DNA of 64,000 nt, from assembly GCA_000708835.1 (NCBI GenBank), contig DF237211.1, forward strand, positions 1 through 64,000, given 5' to 3'. Numbering within the stretch: position 1 is the stretch's first letter; each line of letters starts with the position of its first letter. Shown here one piece after another: positions 53,401 to 64,000 of this stretch. The position numbers and the translations under genes were made by a program. The stretch comes from Klebsormidium nitens. Lineage: Eukaryota > Plantae > Klebsormidiophyceae. The notes beneath the pieces are model-generated. The model did not search any database. It was not told the origin of the DNA and was given only the letters and a program-made list of their open reading frames with translations.

Positions 53401-54341
53401 CAGATATGAGGCGGAAACGCCACCTGCTGGGGAGGGCGATTCAGCGCTGGATTGCGGCCCCATATCCGTTGATTCAAGTCGCCCTCCGGTGCTTCGACCA
53501 CTGGAAGGCGCTCGTCGAGACGAAGAAACGGGTGAACGGGGGAAAAGCGGGAATGGTCGCGAGGAAAGCGCGACAGACGCGCGGCCGCGTTGTGGCCACG
53601 TGGCGGGAGGAGGTGGAGCACAGGAACCGGTTGCGCGTCGCATTCGGACTTGTGAGCCATCGGGCAAGGCGCGGGTTGAAGCGGCAGTGTCTGGAGGGCT
53701 GGAGGGCGGCTGCTTTAGGAGGGGCACAGGTGAGGAGAGTTGCCCGCGGTGTACAATCGCGTGGGCCTGGCAGTTCTTAGGAAGTCGTATCATGCGTTGT
53801 CGTCAAGTCGGTTTTCATGTAGCAACTCCGTCTTCATGTAGCAATTGTTATTTTTGAAGAGTCCCGGTGCGGTTCAGGTGAATTCCCACGGCACTCTCCT
53901 GATGGATGCCGGCGCTGCGTGTCTGGATATCTGCACGTCTGGGTGCTCATTGGATAGCTTTCCCATCCCTTTATGCAGGAAACAATGTCGGAACAGCGAG
54001 CTCCCAAAACCACGGAGCGCCCCCAAGTTCAACCTGTACCCGTTGCCTTCGACCCTCCAAGGGAGAGCCGACTTTCGTTCGGTTCTGAGGCCACCGCTGC
54101 GGATGATGTTGAGTGTGCGGCTGACGAGGAACCGTCGCGGTTCCGCGCTTTGTCTGATGTGTTGGCCATCAGCCGCGCTATCAAAGTCGTGGCGCAGTGG
54201 CGGGCGGTGATCGCTCAGAGGAAAATGGCGCGGAGCCTGGAGGTGATAGCAGAGTACCGAGCGACGGACTGCGGTCCGGTGGGAACGGATACCGGGCAAG
54301 TGAACGAACGGACAGAATTTCCTCAGCACGCGGCAGCATGA
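44476..54341 (+). CDS. 17-exon protein: N-terminal ARM/HEAT-like helical region, Pro/Ser-rich linker, C-terminal Sfi1-type (centrin-binding) repeats
   Basis: All 16 GT-AG joins I traced are phase-consistent from MAAWLEAW to FPQHAAA*. Repeats match A-x7-LL-x3-F/L-x2-W (AQEFRNKTLLWQALSRW, ADAHRRRAALRTGFRVW, AVEMGRKGVLRRMLRAW), with a 33-residue W-to-W spacing in one counted pair. Confidence 0.7.
51176..51290. repeat. Degenerate 50-bp tandem repeat that duplicates a splice donor
   Basis: tactttcag-gtaatgg..taggccttgg is repeated as tacttccag-gtaaagg..taggccttgc, followed by a weak third partial copy. Confidence 0.6.
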
Positions 54342-56215
54342 CTTGGAGCTAAGCAAAGTTTAGCTCGCAAGATCTTCCAAGAGTCTACTTCCAATTGTCC
54401 TCAGCAAATCATAGAGAAGCGCATCGCAGTTGGAGCGTTTTGCAGAGTTTCACTTGTGCATGAGCAGCGCAGCCGCGCAAGCGCGGCAACTCTTAAGTAC
54501 ACATCTCCACATGCATGATTGCAATGATGCCGCGAGTCGCCTACAATCCAGCTTTCATGGCATTCAGTTGCATCTGTCGTGCATCCCCATGTGCATTTGA
54601 CAGTGCATGACAAATATACTCATGCTCAGTCCCCCGCGCGCAAGTCGCTCATTCAATGCTATAATACCTAAAGCTTGCAGCATCCACTTAGTGCAGGTTG
54701 GAGATGCTAGCTGCGCGCACATGTGGTGCGGCGCAATTGACCACTGATCACATACTAACAGCAGCATGTGCTTGTTTAACCACTGAGCCCGGACTCCATG
54801 GCTCCTTTCGCAACACACGATGGCAAGCTCGCAGGCTCAACGTTGCTCTAGGCGCTCCCGCATCCGATCGTAGTCGCGACTAAGGTTAACCCGTTAGCCT
54901 TGCACGTATTCCATGGATATGCACGCTTCAGCTAGTGCACATGTGCATGGTCCATGAGAGGACGCCAAATGCGGAGGCCTCAGGCTGTAGCATGTATAGA
55001 TTTCCAGCATATGGCTCATGCTGTTCGCAATCATGATCACTAACGGTCCGCACTGCCAGAAGCACAATTGCAACGGCTACAACACACATGTGCGAGGCCA
55101 TATATGCACAATGAATGATGTCAATGGAGGCTGTACGTGCATCATAGCAGATTTGCAGGCATGACTGACGGTCATGTAATTGTCAGGTTCTGATGTCCAT
55201 ATGACCGGGCATGATTGCGGACCAAATGCATATGTTCCAAGGCGTCGGCTCTACCCCGCTGCGCTACCACTGTTCAGGCCACTGCAACTGCTCACGCACA
55301 TGCTGGGCCGCCAGCAAGGACCGTCCTGACATGGAAGGACGCTCCGCAAAATCTGCCATTTACTTATGTTGAATCCATGGATACTTTATCCAGCTACAGA
55401 TTCTCAAAACGATGAGACAACTCATGTGCTCCGGAAGGGCACATGTAGAAGAACAAAAAGCATGCGCCGTAATTTTTGTCAAGCCATGCTGTCCATTTAA
55501 GATAGTCGGAGCGGTCCATACCGTGCTGATGGTGGCGACTGCAGGGGAAACAATCTTCGTACCCCTCTTTGTGTTGCCTATCTCAGACCAATGAAAGATC
55601 AGGACAGCAGAGAGACACTCAACGATCACAAGTGGCACGAACGATCGATCTTGATACAGAACGGAATGACTTCTCAAAGAAAAAGAAAAGCAGTCTCTTC
55701 TCCTCAGCAGTACCTGCCACCTTTCCTCAAGCAGATGCGGGCAAGAGCCAACAGTCACCGCTTCCTTGGCAAGGGGGCAACTGGGGCCCGCATCCTCGGG
55801 TTACCAGTATTTTTCCATCATTGGAGAATTCAGAGAAGCTTGAAAGACGTTGAAAAAATCGCAACGTTGGGACACTAACCGTCAGACGATGACTGTACGA
55901 GTGAGTTGTTCATGTGCAGTCCACAACTACCAGAGAGAAGCTACTTGCAAAAGAAATAAGTGTAGGTGGAGTTCTAGGGATGGCCTCTGACCCCAACAGA
56001 CAAGTGAAGAAAGAGTCCAGCCTTGTGTGTTCCAATCGGATTTGAGCCAGCTTCCGTTAGCATCCGAAAATCAAATTGTCGCTGCCAATGTCAGCATGAA
56101 CGGGACAATAATGTCTGACGAAATGCGACAGTTCCAGAGACACTGCCAGTAGTGTATTGTACTGTTCTCAAAAGCAGGAATGACGCAGTGCTTCCGCATC
56201 TCAGCGCCTCTGCTC

Positions 56216-59200
56216 CTAGAAGTTCATCAGGATGCGTTCCCGTGCGATCCCTTGTTCCGTGAGCATCTCGATCAGTTCCTGCGCGCAAACCATCGACAAA
56301 TAACTCCTGAGTTCTCTTTCTTCGAACAACTCCTACCCAGTAGCCTTATAACGCACATTATCATCCAAACCCGACTCGTTCCGGCAAGAGGTCGGACTGA
56401 ACGGAGCAGCAGAGCATTGAGAAACAGAACAGCACAACGTGCCACCAGTTAATGACAAAGCCGAGCCAAAAAACACACTCACTTGACACATCTCCTTCTG
56501 ACCAACGAGCACGGCGCCGGTCGTCGCTGGGTCGGCGATCGGCGGGTCCTTCCGGTACTTCTCCTGGACGAAGCCAACGAAGCCGTCCTTCCCAGGGGGC
56601 TCGGAGAACACGGGGATCACACGCACACCCGACTCCTCCCAGCTCTTGAATCGCTCCTGGATTCAACAAGATTTGAATTCAGGAGTTTGGAGGCAGTGGG
56701 GCTCGAAGCTGTTAAGAGATCGGATTAAGGCTCCATCCGAGGGGCCAAATGCACCAGACGAAGAGGGGGAGAAGCGCGGAAACCTTGCAGCCGCACATCC
56801 AGGCTGCCCTTGTCGCGGATATCTAAACGAAGGTCCTAAAAATCAGGAGGCCCGAACAAATTAAGAACAAGCTAACCAACCGAGCCTCGTCTTTCCGACC
56901 TTAATGTAGTCCCAGTGTTTTCCGCAACGTAAGCCCCCCGCGTCAAGCCTTTAAGGACACCAGCATACAAGCGGCTGCAGTAAGGAGTGCCAATTTAACA
57001 CTAAAGAGCTCCGTTGCCAACGACTCACAGAACATGAATGGCATTTCTTAGCGTAAGAGGTGCTACTCAATCTGCGCCGAGGAGCCCTGGTAAGCCAGCA
57101 AGACAGGCATAGCCAGAGTGCCAGACATCCGGATTAGGGCGTTATTCGTAGACCCCCCCAGCAAATAATTCGACTGGATTTAGTGCAACAAATTAGGACC
57201 ACGAAACCAGAAACCAGACCAACCACTAAGAGCAATCTGTGCAAACTTTCAAAGTCAAAGACCAACACCAGGGTGCAGTTGCTAGGATTGCCCTATCTCG
57301 TCACCTGGAAGGCCATGGCGCTTGACCGGAACGCTCCATAGTAGAGCCGCACATCCTTTCGCTTGTCAGCCTCAAACCCGTTCTCAATGAGCGATCTGAT
57401 TGGGCTGCAGAGAGGACGCGCACCGTTCACACCAGTGAGCAAAGGCCGTTGGTCTTCATCTGAGTTGACCGTGTCAATACATACGGTACTGGTTTATCAG
57501 GATAACCTGGTGCATAAATCACCACCCAAAACACAGAGCGTCTGAGTTCGAAACGTGGCACCATCAAGATTGCAACGCTGTCCATAAGGCAGCTAATGCA
57601 AAGTGGAGTCTACTGTGCCGGCTCTGCTCTGACTTGCTGGATCTCTTATAACGCCCGGGTCCGGATATTCTCATGAGCTTAAGGATTATTTCTCAAGTAG
57701 AGTGTCATGTAGGCTCCTTGGGCAACCTAAACAAAAATGCACATGAGCAGAATACAAAGTAGCTGAGACCTGCTCCGCACCCTCCCATTTCAGAGTGTAC
57801 AAACTCCCTCTGGAAAGAGCTGGCTCTCAAAGGGAGAACTATGCAAAACGGGAGAGCGCCAACCTGATTCCACTTCCGGTGGCAAAGATGAGCACAGTGG
57901 GAAAGTCAGAGGGAGGCGCAATCAGGTCGATGTTGAAGCCCTTTCCCGCAACCGCGCTGACAAACAGCTTGTCTCCTGCACAGGAATGAGGCGGATGCGT
58001 ACTTGGCTTAATTCAAGTCTTCTCAGAGACAAAACATATTGATCACGATTTTGGGGTGTCAGGATACCAACGAGCACTTCAGAACTGGTGTTAGTATGAA
58101 AGACAAGACATGTTTATTATCGATTTTGGGGTTTGAGGATACCAACGAACACTTCAGAACTGGTGTTAGTGTGCAAATCTTGACCACCTATCTAACTGAC
58201 CTTGGCTTAGCAGCGAGGGTGACCAGGCGGCCTCTACCACACTCTCAAATACACTTCGACACACTCACCTTTCGATAAATTTGAGAGCAACTCGCTAGTT
58301 CCCCCATTGTCTCGGATGAGGACCTCTAGGATCCCGCTGCGCAAACATTGGGCATGACCAGATAAGCAGAGGTCTCAACACAGCAGACTTCTCAACACCC
58401 CATGTGATTGCATAACAAGCCGTTGATCATGAACAATACCTCACATGAGCTTATACCAGAACTCATTAAGAGCTCGTCGCAAACCAACATCCGTCATCTC
58501 ATTTGTCGCTGATCTCACCTTTGTGACTCTTTCGGTGATGATGCGAGGGCAATATAAGCCGGTTTGCTGTCCCCCACCTTCATCTGGATGTACTGGCCAG
58601 GAATCGTGTACCCTGCTGTGAGGCCATCAATCTGTTTCAGCAACCACACAACAACGTCACTCAGTAGGCTAGCAAAATTCTGGTTTCAGGAGTTCAGAAG
58701 TCCCACAAACTTCTACAGGAACTTCAAAAAACCTGCTGCTGGTTTGCAGAAAGCCCAGGAATACTGTTTCTGCCTGTTCCAAGTGCTTGAAAGGGCAGGG
58801 TCTGAACACAAGGGCGCTGACCTCTCGCACGTCAACCCACAAGCTGGTGAGCAGATCCCCCGCCTTCTTCGCATCCGTTATGGTGGCTTCTTTCCAGTCA
58901 ACCTGTGCGTTCCAATCTGCCATCACCACCCCCAATTGCTGGTTACTTCTGGCTGTGCTCTGAACCTCCCGCACGCTTTGGACTTGGAAGCGGGATGATA
59001 GGTCACGAGAGAGGAAGGAGGTGGTGGTAAGCTGCTGAGCGGCGCACCCTGGGCATGGGGAACTTGGGCGAAACCCTGGTGCTGCAAGAAAGACAAGTCA
59101 GGGAAAACCGATCGGATTATTCTTATGGCATCATGTGGTTTGCTTCAGCGGTTTGCAGCTTTCGAAGCACAACTTTGGACAGCGAGCACATTCTGGTTTT

Positions 59201-59574
59201 CCAACCCCTCTTGTGCGCTGAGACCAGTGGATGCGGATTCTCTGAGCTGCTGCTGATTGATCTCTGCCAGAAGTGCCGGAAAGAAACCTTCTGGACGATA
59301 TTGTTGATCAAGCACTGAGCGACAGAAGGTGCACTTTCAATTGTAAGCTGAGATGTTGCATGTTTATAACAAGTTGCTATCTCAGACCCTCGTCAAGCAT
59401 CCACTCTTGATCATACCGCCGTGACTACAATCCTCAAGAAGTACTCCAGATTGTGAAGTGATTACCTGGACTCCAAAGGGTCCCTCCATATGAGCCAGAG
59501 GGGGCGCTGTTTCTCCTAGGTTTCAGCAGGCCAAAAGACGCTGTGGCTACTGACTGACACGCGGTCGTGGCCAT
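56216..59574 (-). CDS. FNRL: Plastid FNR-like FAD/NAD(P)-binding oxidoreductase (At1g15140/pKIWI502-like)
   Basis: Transit-like start MATTACQS. Spliced exons give YTIPGQYIQMKV..KPAYIALASSP, GKGFNIDLIAPPSDFPTVLIFATGSGISPIRSLIE, VRLYYGA, TGAVLVGQKEM and ERILMNF*. Confidence 0.88.
58046..58170. repeat. 75-bp-period intronic tandem duplication
   Basis: cgattttgggg..aggataccaacga(g/a)cacttcagaactggtgttagt at 58046-58095 and 58121-58170, within an FNR-like intron. Confidence 0.85.
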
Positions 59575-60494
59575 GGTGCTCTGCCTGTATCTGCGGCTGA
59601 TTACGAAGCCTCTGGATTCGAGCAACACGTTCACCGCTCGTTCAATGTGCAGGAACGCCAGCGGCCTTGCCGTTCGAAGTGAGCAAATGAGGCAAGCCGG
59701 AGGAGCACTTGGTACCAAGATCTCGCGCTCAACGTGAGCAATGTGGAGCAGAGGAGGCCACCTGCTTCACCTGAACTTCAAGAACCACACCACCTTGAAG
59801 AAGACGCAATGCCGTCGGTGCTTCTCGGTCTGAAATGGCCACCATGATGCAGCAAAGAACGCAGTCAACTCTGTGCTGAAGGAGCCAGCAACTAGGATGA
59901 CGGGATTTGTCAAAGTCGGCATCCCACACATACGTGCTCAAAAGCGCACAGACGGTACCTACCTTCTGCGGAGGTTGCTTTCCTCAACATCGTTCGACAG
60001 ATTCATGCTCATGAGCGGAAAAGTGGGTGGCAGAGTACGTCGGCATCGAACCTAAACTAGGAACGATCTTGTGGATAAATGCTGACGGTATGATACCGGT
60101 ATCTCTGGTTTTTGCCGCCACATGCGCGCCCATGTGGTGTGACTTTCCCAGTCAGACTTGACCAATTGAAAACTTGAAGTTGGAGTCGAAGCCAATTGCA
60201 CAGGCAGAGGAAGCGCCATGGTTGCCATGCCGTAGGTGCACAGCTGTGGCCTCCCAGAAGGAAAGCTTTCCAGCTGCAGGAGGTGCATTGAAGCTGCTTC
60301 GACTGCCTGGACGGACGTCTCCCCAGGAGAACCTCATGTAGTTGAAATTTAGCCAAAATCGGGTCGTAGGGACCGCCGAAGAAAGGAGGGGCCCCTTACG
60401 AACGGCAACCATTACCTGTTAAATTCAAATGTTAGACAGGCCCACGCAATAGCACGCATCCGTGTTGACCATCTCAGAGTGTTAACAGTGAAGC

Positions 60495-63400
60495 ATGGAT
60501 GATCATTTGATGCTTACCGATCCAACTTCGGAGGAGGGGCCAGAGGGAGTTCTTGTGGCCCCAGAGTGGCCTCCGTGGTCGGAATTTAACCCGGACGATG
60601 ACTCACTTGCAACTGGGTGGAACAGTTTGCTGCAAGTCGGGAACGAGAATGACGGGGGCATTGGTGGGATGCAGGATCAGGTATGTGCTCTCGTCTCCTG
60701 CGCCCATCCGCAAGCTGAGGTCGGCAAAGAAAATTTTGCATGAGAAGCTTTTGCTGATGCCGACACTAAACCTCAGTCTGTATCCTGTGACTGGTCTGAG
60801 GAGGGGCTTGATTCTACATACTAACCTTTAGTTGCCGGCCCTGGTAGAGTGTTGCTGTAGATTTGGATAATCACCTAAGAATGACCGTTTTGCATTCTCA
60901 TCCCACTGAGAACTTGCGCCCGGGCAGATAAAGCTCTGCTCAAAGCATTTAAGCACTTTCGTTCAGGTAGGTTCAGTCTCATGAAGGATGAGTTTATACC
61001 GCATGCTAATTGCCGTGCACTCCATGTTTTACAGCTTCTTTCAGAACCTGCTTTGAAGGATGACCTAAAGCCCGTTTCGGATTCAAGTGAAGGGATGTTA
61101 CCAGCCACCCACCCGCCCGAGGCAGGTCCCTCGCAGCCTTTCCATCATGGTGCACAGTCAGCCCCCGCCCCATTGCAGCAGCAATTAGAGCAGCAGCAGC
61201 AGCAGGAAGCGCAGAATGCTTTGCACAATAGCTGGCCAATGACTGGCCCCGGTCCTTTGAGGGGCCACGCAGGATCCTCTTTACTGCCTGGGATGTCTGG
61301 GATGGTGTCTCAAGCCGCCGCAGCGGACAGCGATGAAAGAGCAAACCTTTTGTGGGGTGCCCCTTCATCCAAGCAGCGCCTGCGTTGGACCCCGGAGTTG
61401 CACGAACGGTTTATAAAAGCTGTGGAGTCTTTGGGAGGACCCGACAGTGAGTTTACCTCCTTGGTGTCTCTAACCATGCCAGAGGTTTACCTTGTTCATG
61501 AATTTCAATGAGTATCATTTGAGATAACCCCCCATTTCTCCAAAATGCAGAATGTTGGAAACTCCCAGGGGTCTAAGACTTTGAGGGCTCTCTTGTATGC
61601 ACCTAGTTGCATGTTTGCAATCATCCTGACAATTCTGCAGGTTAATTCATTCATTTGCCAGCGCAAGTCGTGATCGTCTTCATGAACTACAAATGAGAAA
61701 AGTTTTTGGCTGCTTGGGCCTGCATCATTTCCACTGTGGCCAAGTGCAGCTCCGGGTAAAGCAATGCAAGCTGATAGGCCATCATCAGATCAGGAAGCTT
61801 TGCCGCGCTGCAGTGGTATCTGGGGCACTTCGCTCCTTGATGTACAATTGTTCCATTGAGCACTATAGCAAAGTTGATGTGCATATTACTCACATCACCT
61901 TCTCTTGCAGGGGCAACTCCTAAAAGGATTCTAGAGCTGATGGAGGTCAAAGGCCTCGAGGTATCGCATGTCAAGAGCCATTTGCAGGTCAGTTTTACCA
62001 ATTTGAAATTCTCCAAGCAAGGGGCCTTTGCGACGGATAGGTGATTCGTGTGTCTCTGCCTCAATACTAGAAGTAGGTTGGTGTAAGCACCAGCGCTACT
62101 CTCATCGCATTGCTAACCCCCCATTTGGAGTTAAGCTGTTGACGAAGAAATATTGTCCTTTTGAACAAAGAGTACACAAGCAGTTGGTAGCAATCTGCTG
62201 TTGCGGAGCATGCCTTCAGATTGTGGCCTTCTTTCTGAGAATGCCCGTTTTTGTTTGCAGAAATTTCGTATTGCAACACGAATACCGGAGTTGGGAACCT
62301 ATGGGATGCGTGAGTAACCCAGCCTTTCGCCTTCCATTACTTGCCTTTTATGTTGCCGATTGTCAGTAGCGTCTGTTGCAGTTCTGCCCTCAAAACTGCT
62401 CTTGTTAGAGCGCATTCTTGCAATCAATGGACGCTCTTTTGGATAACCTCCGGTGTTGCATTTGGAGCCTTGTATCTTGCAAACATCTGCAGCAGTATTA
62501 TTGCACAGCAGGACTAGTGTCGCCTGACGACAGTGACTTTTAGCCTGACCTGCTCGTTGCTCCTGCAGACATGGGGAGCTACCAACTTACCGCCCTTCCC
62601 AACTCCCCGATGCCCTCCCCTTCTCCCCCCCTCCCCAACCCCGCCCGGCGCCCCCCCCGCTCCATCCCGCTCCTCTAGTAAACAATCGCACAGACAGGAG
62701 TCCCATAAGCAGGAGGTTGTGTCGCCAGCACCTATCGGTCCAGAACAGGACCTCTCTCCGAAGGCTCGAAAGCCAAGCCCCCAGCCAAAGGTGCTGCAGC
62801 AAATGGTCCAGCCTGCAGCGCCGCTGGAACCACCGCAGCCGCAAGCGCAAGCACCTCCACAGCAGGGGCCAGCCACAGAGTACGTTTTCTCTATGCTGCT
62901 AGGCTGACAAATGCAGGCTGTATGGGGCGAAAGGCGGAGGTTTGGGAACTTGGAGGTTTGAAGGTCTGAACAGATTGTGACCAAAGGGTGGTCTTCCAGA
63001 AAAAGAAAGCAGCTTTGTAGGGTGGGTGGGCTGGTTGCAGGTTGGATAGCACAGGGCCTGGGTGTATGGAAAGGAATGGACCCCTGTCTATAAGGCGAGT
63101 TTGTGATGATGATTGATGCACAACTTCGAAGCTGTCAAATAGAGGTGCTTATGCCGATCTTGTCTGCTTGCAGGGTCGGCGTCGGTGCTGGTGCTGGGCC
63201 TGGGGCGGGGGCCGGGGCTGGCGGCATGGACATAATGGAGGCCCTCCGGATGCAGATGGAAGTGCAGAAGAAGCTCCATGAACAATTGGAGGTAAGCTTG
63301 TCCGGTCCACCTTGAATCCCAACAGTCCGACCAGTCAGTCAATAGAGGCCCTTATATGCTTGCCAATTGGCTTGAAGGTTCCCTCTTGAGAAGACACTCA

Positions 63401-64000
63401 TGTGGTCAACATCCTCGATCAAGGCGGAATACGACTCCTAAATGCAGGTCGCCAGCTTTACTAGCTCTTGTTGCAACTACGGAATGGCATCCGTTTTCCA
63501 AGTAGTAACGGACAGAGGGTGGCTGTGGCCTAGAATTGCTTCCAACCCATCCCATCACAAATAACACTTTGCTTGAGCTCTGCTTCTCAATCAAACTCAC
63601 GACTGAGGTTGCATTTGTCTTGGCAAATGTACTTTTGTGCCGCTTCCATCGTTTTCCAGCTGCCCCGTGGGACATGGGTGCTTGATGAGCGAAGCATGGC
63701 AAGCGCGCTTGTTCTCAGCCGCGCACCTGTGGTTTTTGCAGGCTCACCGGCGATTGCAGCAGTCGATGGAGGCGAACCTGCGGCGGATCCTGGAGGAGCA
63801 GCAGCGCCAGACCAGCAGCACGGGCGCGTCCGACTCGGAACCCTCGGGGCGCAGCGCGACGCAGTCGGAGCAGCAGTCGCTCCTCGCGCAAGGCCAGCAG
63901 CTGCTGCAGATGTCGCAGCGGCAGCTCACGCAGCAGACGCTCACCGCCCCCCGGCTGCCGCAGCTGGACCTGCCCCCCCCGAAGCAGCGCAAGGCGCGGG
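60495..64000 (+). CDS. PHR1/PSR1-like GARP MYB-CC transcription factor, 3' end outside the window
   Basis: KQRLRWTPELHERFIKAVESLGGPD, ATPKRILELM..HVKSHLQ|KFR and the coiled coil EALRMQMEVQKKLHEQLE|AHRRLQ. The ORF is still open at the window end. Confidence 0.9.

Noticed and set aside
55400-56215. Short ORFs of 60-132 aa between the Sfi1-like and FNR-like genes
   Set aside because: They show no codon bias, motif or coherent splice chain; this is most likely 3' UTR or spacer.
1-64000. Prokaryotic-type defence systems, CRISPR arrays, phage or transposon ORFs, rRNA/tRNA
   Set aside because: I saw no spaced repeat arrays, transposase/RT/integrase motifs or structural RNA signatures. The recognisable coding segments belong to spliced eukaryotic genes.

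Overview
Intron-rich eukaryotic nuclear DNA, with no prokaryotic, phage, CRISPR or transposon signatures seen. Plant-type genes (SCO4-like, FNR-like, PHR/MYB-CC, ELO, GT-1-like C-terminus), centriole-type Sfi1 repeats and GC3-rich exons suggest a streptophyte alga, possibly Klebsormidium-like (inference). By hand-splicing I reconstruct about 12 spliced genes: a GT-1-CTD/SAM-like protein (+), a plastid PspA-like coiled-coil/Tic110-like fusion candidate (-), a SCO4-like CPBP protease with a possible long N-terminal extension (-), an ELO elongase (+), RAD51B (-), a GT90 glycosyltransferase (+), a SNAPC5-like small protein (-), SMU1 (+), MLH3 (-), an ARM-like + Sfi1-repeat protein (+), an FNR-like oxidoreductase (-) and a PHR1-like MYB-CC factor (+, truncated). 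The best novelty candidates are three unusual domain architectures. Other points of interest are three GC-AG introns, five head-to-head gene pairs, spacers rich in short palindromes, and candidate promoter motifs. All domain calls rest on recalled family motifs, not on database searches.
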